Positions 26,755 to 37,795 of a stretch of DNA of 64,000 nucleotides are shown piece by piece. Under the pieces are notes generated by a model. The model was not told where the DNA came from. It worked only from the letters and a program-made list of their open reading frames with translations, and ran no database searches. Made by a program: the position numbers and the translations under genes. Location: NCBI RefSeq assembly GCF_964355755.1, contig NC_092674.1, positions 20,088,001 through 20,152,000 on the forward strand. The letters run 5' to 3'. The stretch is from Antedon mediterranea (Eukaryota > Animalia > Echinodermata). Positions within the stretch are counted from its first letter, which is position 1. Each line of letters opens with the position of its first letter.

Positions 26755-27371
26755 AACACAATTTCCTTTTAAACAACTGTTAGTGTTCCTGTTATTTTAT
26801 TTTTTTATATAGTAGTTAGATTGTTACCTAGTTGTTTGAAATTTACGAATTGTATTTGTATGAGGAGCTTGATGATCCCGCCTCAGATTTGCAGATCAGA
26901 TCAAAGTTATGTTTAAATTTTGAAATCATTTTGAATTAAATAACACAACATTAACACTCATTCTTATGCTTAATGCAACACATCATAAACACAACCACAA
27001 AGTAAGTAGTATACGTGGCAGGAAACACAAAACAAAATCCCCATGGATAAGAGCCAGTGTTACCCTAATGGATGAATGAAGAACTATATCATTATTAGAT
27101 CGATAATTATTAGTACATTTTGAAATTATGAGTATTCTCATAATGTATGGTTTTTAATGTAGAATAAATATTAACGAATGAATGGGAAGAAAAACATGGT
27201 AGTTCATGTCTTCTGCGCCTGTTCACAACAATAATGTGAATCTAAATTAAGGCCACACAATTTGCATATTGTTGTGTCACTGGGCCAAGCAGTTATCTCT
27301 TTTGATACAGTTTTAATCATTGTTTTTCAGGTGCATATGTTAAAGTCAAGTTATATGATACAATTCATGTG

Positions 27372-29408
27372 ATGGCAGACAGTATGAGTATCAAACAAAT
27401 GATGGATGAGGTTGCCAATGAGTTAATTGTATGTAAAACAAATGCAAGATTGGCTCAAATATCTCATTTAGCGATTATGGAAAAGGCACTTAACACAGAT
27501 AAAACATTATTTAAACACACATTTTGTACTGGCAGTTATTCTGAAGGAATGCCTGACTACATTCGCAGTGATGTGGACGAAATGTACGTGTTATCCTTTG
27601 GTAATGTGGTTTGGCAGGCTTCGAATGAAAATAAAACATGCACAGCACCATTTGTTGCTGAAATATATCCAGATGAACCAGCATATTTGAAACTTAAATT
27701 AGCTGATGGGATATTCCAAGAAGAAAGGTTCTTTGATGAACATAGTTATTTCAAGAGCAGTAGTTTTATGAAATGGGCTTTGGTGGCGACTCAGTTTTTT
27801 ACTGAATCTGAATGTGAAATAAATGGTCCATCTGTAACACAGACACATACATTTGAGATGTCTGAAACAGAAATGCGTGATAAAGTATTGTGCTTTTCAT
27901 GTGACTCATGGCCATCTAGTACTGACGATTATTTTACTAGACAGAAGCAGAGTAACTGGCCATCGCAAGCTATATTAAAAGAGATACGGCGTCTAGATTG
28001 CCATGTAGTTTCCGTTGGACGTCACAACAGTGACACAAAAGACATTGAATGGCGGTTGTCATTTTCTGTTGCCGAGAGGAAGCTTATTCATGAAATGCCA
28101 GCACCATTTTTTGGCTGCATGTTTGCTCTGAAAGCGATCAAGAAAAAGTACAGACTGTTTGAGTCGCAACAACGAAAACCGTTCTGTTCGTATTTTATCA
28201 AAACCGCATGCCTATGGATGTGTGAAAAAATTCCATCCAAAACTAACAATATCATGGATTTAACAAGAAAAGTGATAGATTGGCTCATTGATTGCTATAG
28301 GCCTAAGGAAAAAAACTTACCACATTATTTTATTCCACAGCAAAACTTGATTGGCCACTTATCAGATGCATGTTGCAATAAAGTGACAAAAATATTGGCA
28401 GCAACTAAACAAGATCTTTGGGTGATGGTGATGTCAAGTATTGCAGGTGGTAAAGTATGTCTAAGACCCGTTATCAAACGTGAGATATGTGATAAATTAA
28501 AAATTGCAGATATAATTGATGATGACTATTCAAGGTTAGAGACTGATCTTTTAGAACACCCAATGGTTAGTCTAGTAACCCACAGTCTTGAAAATGTCCT
28601 TCATTATTTAAGGCATACGCTTAAGCCAGACACCTTAGGATGGCTACTTCTCCAGTGGATGTCGAGAGATATTGAGCCAATCTCTAAAAAGGTCCTAGCC
28701 TGGATGAAGCATGATGTTCCCATTTCAGAGGTAATCGGAAATACTAAATCCATCGTATTACCTATTATTAAATATATTAAATCTATTGTAATGAAGGGTT
28801 ATGATAATGCGTTTAAAACAGCATTGTATCAGTTTTTAGGAGACTTAATCCTGTCTGTAATGGTGTGCTCACGAAACAAATGTAAAGAGTATCAAAATAT
28901 GGCATTGTGTTACTACCAAAAAGGAGGTAAAATAATCCATCCTAATGGAAACGATGACAACTGCTTGAGTATGCTTGGTCTGTTAGTAAAATTCCATTAC
29001 TTAATGGGTAATGATAGTGAATTAAAGGGAGCTATTACAAATTTTGAAACTGCATTACAGAACCACAACCAAACGCTCATTTCTTCTATAGAAATATATG
29101 CAGATAATGAAAACAGAGATTTGAGTTATAGATCATGGGAGATTGATGGTATATTTCAATATGCTATTAAAGACCATTGCGTTAGATTTTCTTTAAAAAC
29201 TATTGTGTTTTATATAAAAGCAAAAATGGAACTCAAAAGTGGCAATATAGACCGTGCTTATCAAATTGTAAATGAAATGAATGACGAAGACTTAAAAAAA
29301 ATAGATAAATATTCACTCATACTGATAAATATACTTGAAAGTTTGTTAGGTCTATTTCAGGTTATGCAAATGATATGTAATGTTACTCCATTAGCAGGTA
29401 TTGAGTGA
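27372..29408 (+). CDS. cGAS-like receptor (Mab-21 family nucleotidyltransferase) with helical/TPR-like C-terminal extension, copy 1
   Basis: Uninterrupted 678-aa ORF. NTase motif TGSYSEG...SDVDEM with a third acidic residue in RDKV, plus Mab-21 motifs WPS, CHVVSVG, WRLSFSVAERKL, SYFIKT and LPHYFIPQQNL. Confidence 0.9.
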   Translation: MADSMSIKQMMDEVANELIVCKTNARLAQISHLAIMEKALNTDKTLFKHTFCTGSYSEGMPDYIRSDVDEMYVLSFGNVVWQASNENKTCTAPFVAEIYPDEPAYLKLKLADGIFQEERFFDEHSYFKSSSFMKWALVATQFFTESECEINGPSVTQTHTFEMSETEMRDKVLCFSCDSWPSSTDDYFTRQKQSNWPSQAILKEIRRLDCHVVSVGRHNSDTKDIEWRLSFSVAERKLIHEMPAPFFGCMFALKAIKKKYRLFESQQRKPFCSYFIKTACLWMCEKIPSKTNNIMDLTRKVIDWLIDCYRPKEKNLPHYFIPQQNLIGHLSDACCNKVTKILAATKQDLWVMVMSSIAGGKVCLRPVIKREICDKLKIADIIDDDYSRLETDLLEHPMVSLVTHSLENVLHYLRHTLKPDTLGWLLLQWMSRDIEPISKKVLAWMKHDVPISEVIGNTKSIVLPIIKYIKSIVMKGYDNAFKTALYQFLGDLILSVMVCSRNKCKEYQNMALCYYQKGGKIIHPNGNDDNCLSMLGLLVKFHYLMGNDSELKGAITNFETALQNHNQTLISSIEIYADNENRDLSYRSWEIDGIFQYAIKDHCVRFSLKTIVFYIKAKMELKSGNIDRAYQIVNEMNDEDLKKIDKYSLILINILESLLGLFQVMQMICNVTPLAGIE

Positions 29409-29555
29409 GGACAGGATCCATGGATGTGGCCATGACCGTCAATACTGTTACAGGCTGGTGGTATAGAAAGGTCGGAGGCAATTTTTACCCTTTCGGATGG
29501 TAATTATCCCTCCTACCACGGTACTATATTAAAGTAAAGATTCCTACATTAACGT

Positions 29556-29790
29556 AAAGGGGGGTGAGTCCCGTGTTCTCTGAACGTAGGGGAATGAGCT
29601 GTTAGGAGCTCATTGTACTAAGCCTCGGCATTATGTGGTAGGGTGGCCAGTTCCTTTCCACGCCGCCTTTTTTCTCCCTAGTATTTTCAACCAGGTACTC
29701 ATTTTACAGCTGAGTGGACTGGGAGTTGTCGGGCATTGAACCCGGGTCTATCTGTACGACAGTCAAGTGTCCTAACCACTCGGCTATCCA
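29556..29790 (-). mobile_element. tRNA-derived SINE
   Basis: Minus strand has A box TAGCCGAGTGGTTAGG, B box GGGTTCAATGCCC and body CCACTCAGCTGTAAAATGAGTACC. It is absent from the paralogous position behind copy 2. Confidence 0.8.
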
Positions 29791-31452
29791 AACACAAAAA
29801 TCATAATGGTTTTTTTTTATCATCAAACTTATTTTCACTAGTCCAGAATTTGTTGATCTTGTGTATAGAAGAGACATCAATAAATATAGTTCCAAATAAT
29901 TGAAATGTCGCGTCAAAAAATAAGGGTTTGATTTGTAAATATCAATAATTTAATGAATGATAATGAATATTTATTACAAGGAATATTGACATTATGATTA
30001 TCACATAAGTATTCAATAATTGTATTAATCTGTTGAAGATGAAATTATAATAGTGGTTAACGCCACAAAAGAGAAAAATATTGACATTTTGATGTTCCCT
30101 TATGTTCATATGAAACTTAATCCATGCACCATTAATTGACCATAGAGTTATAAAATTATTAATTAATTGACAGTAGAGCTATCATTTTATAGCTCCATGA
30201 ATTGACCGATAAATGAAAAGTGATGATAGCGATGACGATGATAATGATGGTTATGACAGACCGCGTTATGATTATATTTGCAATGGAAGCACAAACTTCC
30301 TGGTAACATTTATTATTATTTTGGTATGGAAATAGAAGTTTTAAACTAAACCATGGAATTGCTGGACACAATTAGGAGCAACTCAGTCAGCCGTCATGGA
30401 ATATTGGATGTCAAATCATTTGCTTATAATTATCATAGTGTGAACCAAGCTTGAATGGAACGAGAATGGAAAATAAACTTTATTAATTTATTTTTTTGGT
30501 TTTCTGTCGAAAAAACTGTAGCCTATACTTATCTACTTATTTTTGACAATCATTATTATATTATATAGTCTCATATTAAACAGGAATTTATAACAATACA
30601 AATAAAAACAATTATACAATTTCATATTAATTATTCATGTTAATTTATTGTTAATTGTTACACGTATTTTATAAAATGTAAACATTCTTATTTATTTATT
30701 TGTTTATTTATTAAACAATTGTCATATAGTCCAAGAGGAAACCATGGGCCAATGGCCCAACACAGAAGAAGTGGGAACCTATTGTAACAATGGTAATGAA
30801 TTAAATACGTTGTACATATTATTTAATATAAAAACATATTTAAAAAGTATTTAAACAATGTGTACAATATGTAGAGTGAGTATCTGAACTTGATTCGGCG
30901 GATATATTACTGAATAGTAAAAGTGTGGGTTCCAATGTTGTATTTGTATTGTAACAATAGTGCATCCAACATAGACGATACAGTAGTAGTCCGCCTGATT
31001 AGGGTTATACAGGTAGTTATGCACAGCGCAACCTGTTAGTTCGTACAGTTGGCATTATAATTTATGAAGGCTGACATTGCAGGGTTGCACGGCAATGTTG
31101 GTATTGGCCATTTATTAGGAACTTTGTAGTTATTTTCGCTTATTCGGGGATCTTTTGCGCGTAAGTAATTTTACTTCTAATTTGATTACAGTATATTTTA
31201 ATATAATTTTTATATTTGTAATGTGAACTTGTATTTTAAATATTTTGAATTTGTTATTAGTTGTTAATTATATACATTGTAAATTTGAATTCCTAAAAAA
31301 ACTTATAATTTACATTATTAATTGTTTAAAAATGTACAAATTTTGCATTTTTTTCTGTTTATGTTTAAAGACTTTGTTTTATTTGGAATAAATATTGAAA
31401 TGAAAATGTAACAGGTGCATATTATAAAGTTATATGATATACAATTCATGTG

Positions 31453-31542
31453 ATGGCAGAAAATATGAGTATCAAACAAATGATGGATGAGGTTGCCAAT
31501 GAGTTAATTGTATGTAAAACAAATGAAAGATTGGCTCAAATA
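31453..31542 (+). pseudogene. Truncated 5' fragment of a cGLR paralog (MAENMSIKQMMDEVANELIVCKTNERLAQI)
   Basis: Near-identical to the cGLR start, then an abrupt switch to the copy-2 upstream sequence. Confidence 0.85.
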
Positions 31543-31697
31543 ACGGACGCCATTTCTGTTTGATATTTTATCACAGAAAGTCCGTTTTTAAAACCGCTCT
31601 TACATTCTTTGGAAAATATCGATAAATTAATGTATAATATTTAAAATGTACAACATCCAATTCACAACACGCACCACTAATGCATGCTGTATAATAC

Positions 31698-31733
31698 CAG
31701 GGAAGAGTTAAATTACAATTTAACTCTTCCCTG
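31698..31733. mobile_element. 36-bp TIR-only insertion with 7-bp TSD
   Basis: ATAATAC|CAGGGAAGAGTTAAATT-AC-AATTTAACTCTTCCCTG|ATAATAC. The empty site (TTAATAC) is at ~26486 in unit 1. Confidence 0.8.
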
Positions 31734-31919
31734 ATAATACATACAGTGTATACATTTATGTATTCGTTAACATTATTCTGTATTCACAACCACACACATG
31801 TGCTTATCTGATTGGTCAGTTCTTTATCTTTTGTTTACTGTTGTGATATTCTGCAGCTGTTGCTATCTGATTCGTGAAAACACAATAATCTCCTCCTATT
31901 ATCATATTATTTTATTGAT

Positions 31920-32005
31920 TTGGTTGGAAATTCCGGTTTTCGCCATTTCTTCTTTCGCTTTCATAATGTTTGGTCGCAGATGACAATTTCTTAATATACG
32001 TAAGT
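31920..32005 (+). promoter_or_regulatory. Putative promoter/short first exon of cGLR copy 2 with kB-like and IRF-like sites
   Basis: TGGAAATTCC at 31925-31934, TTTCGCTTTC at 31953-31962, donor GTAAGT at ~32000 and acceptor TTTTCCAG at ~32574. Confidence 0.5.
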
Positions 32006-32615
32006 AACACAATTTCCTTTTAAACTGTTAGTGTTCCTCTTATTTTTTTATATAGAAGTTAGATTGTTACCTAGTTGTTTGAAATTTACGAATTGTATTT
32101 GTATGAGGAGCTTGATGATCCCGCCTCAGATTTGCAGATCAGATCAAAGTTATGTTTAAATTTTGAAATCATTTTGAATTAAATAACACAAAATTAACAC
32201 TCATTCTTATGCTTAATGCAACACATCATAAATACAACCACAAAGTAAGTAGTATAAGTGGCAGGAAACACAAAACAAAATCCCCATGGATAAGAGCCAG
32301 TGTTACTCTAAATGGATGAATGAAGAACTATATCATTATTAGATCGATAATTATTAATACATACATTTTGAAATTATGAGTATTCTTATAATGTATGGTT
32401 TTTAATGTAGAATAAATATTAACGAATCAAAGGGAAGAAAAACATGGTAGTTCATGTCTTCTGCGCCTGTTCACAACAATAATGTGAATCTAAATTAAGG
32501 CCACACAATTTGCATATTGTTGTGTCACTGGGCCAGTTATCTCTTTTGATACAGTTTTAATCATTGTTTTCCAGGTGCATATGTTCAAGTCAAGTTATAT
32601 AATACAATTCATGTG

Positions 32616-34673
32616 ATGGCAGACAGTATGAGTGTCAAAGAAATGATGGATGAGGTTGCCAATGAGTTAATTGTATGTGAAACAAATGAAAGATTGGCTC
32701 AAATATCTCATTTGGCGATTATTGAAGCGGCAATTAACACAGGTAAAACATTTATTAAACAGAAATATTACACTGGTAGTTATTCTGAAGGAATGCCTGA
32801 ATACATTCGAAGTGATGTGGACGAAATGCACGTTTTACCCTTTGCCAATGTGTTTTGGCAGGCTCCGATGGAAAATAAAAATTCAGCGTCAGTTGTTGCT
32901 GAACTATATCAGGATGAACCAGCATATTTGAAACTTAAATTAGCTGATGGGATATTCCTAGATAAAGGGTGGCTTGATGAACATGATTATTTTAAGAGCA
33001 GTAGTTTTATGGAATGGGCTTTAATGACGACTCAGCCTTCTAATTCATCTGAATGTGAAATAAATGGTCCATCTGTAACACAGAAACATACGGTTGGGTC
33101 TGCAACAAAAATGCGTGATAAAGTATTTTGCTTTTCATGTGACTCATGGCCATCTAGTACTGCCGATTATTTTACTAGACAGAAGCGGAGCAACTGGCCA
33201 TCGCAAGATTTACTAAACGAGATATCGCGTCTAGATTGTCATGTAGTTGCCGTTGGACGTCACAACAGTGACACAAAAGACATTGAATGGCGGTTGTCAT
33301 TTTCTGTTGCCGAGAGGAAGCTTATTCACGAAATGCCAGCACCAGTTTTTGGCTGCATGTTTGCTCTGAAAGCGATCAAGAAAAAGTACATACTGTTTGA
33401 TTCTCAACAACGAAAACCGTTCTGTTCGTATTTTATCAAAACCGCATGCCTATGGATGTGTGAAAAAATTCCATCCAAAACTGACAATATCATGGATTTA
33501 ACAAGAAAAGTGATAGATTGGCTCATTGATTGCTATAAGGAAAACAACTTACCGCATTATTTTATTCGACAGCAAAACTTGATTGGCCACTTATCAGATG
33601 TATGTCGCAATAAAGTGATACAAAAATTGGCAACAATTAAACACGATCTTTGGGTGAGGGTGATGTCAAGTATTGCAGGTGGTGAAGTATGTTTAAGACC
33701 CGTTATCAAACGTGAGATATGTGATAAATTAAAAATTGCAGATGTAATCAATGATGACTATTCAAGGTTAGAGACTGATCTTTTAAAACACCCAATGGCC
33801 AGTCTAGTAACCCACAGTCTTGAAAATGTACTTCATGATTTAACGCATACGCATAAGCCAGACACCTTAGAATGGCTACTTCTCCAGTGGATGTCGAGAG
33901 ATATTGAGCCAATCTCTAAAAAGGTCCTAGCCTGGATGAAGGATAATGTTCCCATTTCAGAGGTAATCGGAAATATTGAATCCATCGTATTACCAATTAT
34001 TAGAGATATTAAATCTATTGTAATGAAGGGTTATGATAATGCGTTTAAAACAGCATTGTATCAGTTTTTAGGAGACTTAATCCTGTCTGTAATGGTGTGC
34101 TCACGAAACAAATGTAAAGAGTATCAAAAGAAGGCATTGTGTTACTACAAACAAGGAGGTAAAATAACCCATCCCAATGGAAACCATGACAACTGCTCGA
34201 GTATGCTTGGTCTGTTAGTAAAATTCCATTACTTAATGGGTAATGATAGTGAATTAAAGGAAGCTATTACAAATTTTGAAACTGCATTACAGAACCACAA
34301 CCAAACGTTCCTTTCTTCTATAGAAATATATGCAGAAAAGGAAAACAGAGATTTGAGTTATAGATCATGGGGGATTGATGGCATATTTCAATATGTTATT
34401 AAAGACCATGTTATTAAACACGGTTGCATCCGGTTTTCTTTAGAAACAATTGTGTTTTATATAAAGGCAAGAATTGAACTAAAAAGTGGCCATATAGACA
34501 TTGCTTATCAAATGGTAGATGCAATGAATTATTTAAAGTTAGATAAATATTCATTCATACTGATAAATACACTTGAAAGTTTGTTAGGTCTATTTCAGAT
34601 TATGCAAATGATATATAATGGTATTATTATACTAATTAAAATCTATGGTACTCCATTAGCAGGTATTGAGTGA
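32616..34673 (+). CDS. cGAS-like receptor (Mab-21 family nucleotidyltransferase) with helical/TPR-like C-terminal extension, copy 2
   Basis: Uninterrupted 685-aa ORF paralogous to 27372-29408, with the same TGSYSEG/SDVDEM/RDKV and Mab-21 motifs. Confidence 0.9.
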   Translation: MADSMSVKEMMDEVANELIVCETNERLAQISHLAIIEAAINTGKTFIKQKYYTGSYSEGMPEYIRSDVDEMHVLPFANVFWQAPMENKNSASVVAELYQDEPAYLKLKLADGIFLDKGWLDEHDYFKSSSFMEWALMTTQPSNSSECEINGPSVTQKHTVGSATKMRDKVFCFSCDSWPSSTADYFTRQKRSNWPSQDLLNEISRLDCHVVAVGRHNSDTKDIEWRLSFSVAERKLIHEMPAPVFGCMFALKAIKKKYILFDSQQRKPFCSYFIKTACLWMCEKIPSKTDNIMDLTRKVIDWLIDCYKENNLPHYFIRQQNLIGHLSDVCRNKVIQKLATIKHDLWVRVMSSIAGGEVCLRPVIKREICDKLKIADVINDDYSRLETDLLKHPMASLVTHSLENVLHDLTHTHKPDTLEWLLLQWMSRDIEPISKKVLAWMKDNVPISEVIGNIESIVLPIIRDIKSIVMKGYDNAFKTALYQFLGDLILSVMVCSRNKCKEYQKKALCYYKQGGKITHPNGNHDNCSSMLGLLVKFHYLMGNDSELKEAITNFETALQNHNQTFLSSIEIYAEKENRDLSYRSWGIDGIFQYVIKDHVIKHGCIRFSLETIVFYIKARIELKSGHIDIAYQMVDAMNYLKLDKYSFILINTLESLLGLFQIMQMIYNGIIILIKIYGTPLAGIE

Positions 34674-36694
34674 GGACAGGATCCATGGGTGTCATGACCG
34701 TCAATACTGTTACAGGCTGGTGGTATAGAAATGTTGGAGGCAATGTGTCCCCTTTCGGATGGTAATTCTCCCTCCTACCACCTTGCTATATTAAAGTAAA
34801 GATTCCTACATTAACGTATAATGTTACAAATAACAAGCAATTACATCAATGAGTATAATTCTGTATTAAAATCTATGGTCAGGAAGATAGAAACACAAAC
34901 ATCATAATGGTTTTTTTTATCAAACTTATTTTCACTAGTCCAGAATTGGTTGAAGATATAGGTATAGAAGAGACATCAATAAAATATAGTTCCAAATAAT
35001 TGAAATGTCGCGTCAAAATATAAGGGTTTGATTTGTAAATATAAATAATTTAATGAATGATAATGAATATTGATTACAAGGAATATTGACATTATGATTA
35101 TCACAGAAGTATTCAATAATTGTATTAATCTGTTGAAGATGAAATGAATAAATAGTGGTTAACGCCACAAAAGAGAAAAATATTGACATTTTGATGTTCC
35201 CTTATGTTCATATGAAACTTAATCCATGCACCATTAATTGACCATAGAGTTATAAAATTATTAATTAATTGACCATGGAGCTATCATTTTATAGCTCCAT
35301 GAATTGACCGATAAATGAAAAGTGATGATAGCGATGACGATGATAATGATGGTTATGACAGACCGCGTTATGATTATATTTGCAATGCAAGCACAAACTT
35401 CCTGGTAACATTTATTATTATTTTGGTATGGAAATAGAAGTTTTAAACTAAACCATGGAATTGCTGGACACAATTAGGAGCAAGTCAGTCAGCCGTCATG
35501 GAATATTGGATGTCAAATCATTTGCTTATATCATAGTGTGAACCAAGCTTGAATGGAACGAGAATGGAAAATAAACTTTATTAATTTATTTTTTGGTTTT
35601 CTGTCGAAAAAACTGTAGCCTATACTTATCTACTTATTTTTGACAATCATTATAGTCTATAGTATAAACAGGAATTTATCACAATACAAATTAAAACAAT
35701 TATACAATTTAATATTAATTATTCATATTAATTTATTGTTAATTGTTACATGTATTTTATAAAATGTAAACATTCTTATTTATTTATTTGTTTATTTATT
35801 AAACAATTGGCATATAGTCCAAGAGGAAACCATGGGCCAATGGCCCAACACAGAAGTGGGAACCTCTTGTAACAATGTAATGAATTAAATACTTTGTACA
35901 TATTATTTAATATAAAAACATATTTAAAAAGTATTTAAACAATGTGTACAATAACAAAACATAAAAAAAAGAAAATAAAGCAATTTATACCATACTATAT
36001 AATACATTAACATTGCTTACAAATATTTTTAATACAATTTTATGTAAATATACAATTAATAAGAAAGGCCTATCAACAGTTGCATGACTGTTACATTCTT
36101 GGATTACCTGTTGTAACGAGTCTTATTAGAATGTATAAAAAGCTTACAAACTGACCCTTGACCCTAGATATCTGACCAATGCAACTATATTAGATAGTCA
36201 CAACATTTCTTTTGTTATCTTTAAATCCTAGGTTTAGACACCACTTTTGTTCTTTTATGTGCAGTGGTTAAAAAGTTATGAGCCTTTATATATATGTAGA
36301 GTGAGTTGATTCGGCGGATATATTACTGAATAGTAAAAGTGTGGGTTCCAATGTTGTATTTGTATTGTAACAATAGTGCATCCAACATAGACGATACAGT
36401 AGTAGTCCGCCTGATTAGGGTTATACAGGTAGTTATGCACAGCGCAACCTGTTAGTTCGTACAGTTGGCATTAGAATTTCTGAAGGCTGACATTGCAGGG
36501 TTGCACGGCAATGTTGGTATTGGCCATTTATTAGGAACTTTGTAGTTATTTTCGCTTATTCGGGGATCTTTTGCGCGTAAGTAATTTTACTTCTAATTTG
36601 ATTACAGTATATTTTAATATAATTTTTATATTTGTAATGTGAACTTGTATTTTAAATATTTTGAATTTGTTATTAGTTGTTAATTATATACATT

Positions 36695-36909
36695 TTTTTT
36701 TCTCTTTTGTGGCGTGAACCACCACCTTTATTCTTTCATATCATAATTAAATACATTACAAATAAATCAGTAATATCTGTCTTCATATGTTCTTTCTTTA
36801 ATTATATTGTTTTCCGTTAATATTCTACATTTTTCTTTATATTTTTCTGCTCAAAAAAAAAATATCAGTAATTTTTTAAATTTTAGTTTTTCACATATTG
36901 TTTCCAATA
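36695..36909 (-). mobile_element. Short retroposed insert (LINE-3'-end-like) with 15-bp TSD
   Basis: Flanked by TTAATTATATACATT at 36680-36694 and 36910-36924, starts with a T run, and is absent from the paralogous intron at ~31265. Confidence 0.65.
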
Positions 36910-37795
36910 TTAATTATATACATTGTAAATTTGAATTCCTAAAAAAAAACTTATAATTTACATTATTAATTGTTTAAAAATGTACAAATTTTGCATTTTT
37001 TTCTGTTTATGTTTAAAGACTTTGTTTTATTTGGAATAAATATTGAAATGAAAATGTAACAGGTGCATATTATAAAGTTATATGATATACAATTCATGTG
37101 ATGGCAGAAAATATGAGTATCAAACAAATGATGGACGAGGTTGCCAATGAGTTAATTGTATGTAAAACAAATGAAAGATTGGCTCAAATATCTCATTTAG
37201 CGATTATGGAAGAGGCAAATAACACAGGTAAAACATCTTTTAAAAACACATTATTACACTGGTAGTTATTCTGAAGGAATGCCTAAATACATTCGAAGTG
37301 ATACAAATTTTGCATTTTTTTCTGTTTATGTTTAAAGACTTTGTTTTATTTGGAATAAATATTGAAATGAAAATGTAACAGGTGCATATTATAAAGTTAT
37401 ATGATATACAATTCATGTGATGGCAGAAAATATGAGTATCAAACAAATGATGGACGAGGTTGCCAATGAGTTAATTGTATGTAAAACAAATGAAAGATTG
37501 GCTCAAATATCTCATTTAGCGATTATGGAAGAGGCAAATAACACAGGTAAAACATCTTTTAAACACACATTATTACACTGGTAGTTATTCTGAAGGAATG
37601 CCTAAATACATTCGAAGTGATGTGGACGAAATGTACGTGTTACCCTTTGCCAATGTGTTTTGGCAGGCTCCGATGGAAAATAAAAAAAGCACAATGTCAT
37701 TATGTTGCTGAACTATATTAGGATGAACCAGTATATTTGAAACTTAAATTAGCTGATAGGATATTCATAGATAAAGGGTTGCTTGATGAACATGG

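Noticed and set aside
27372-34673. Bacterial CBASS/CD-NTase operon
   Set aside because: Motifs are of the animal Mab-21 type, upstream spliceosomal introns are present, and there are no cap effector genes.
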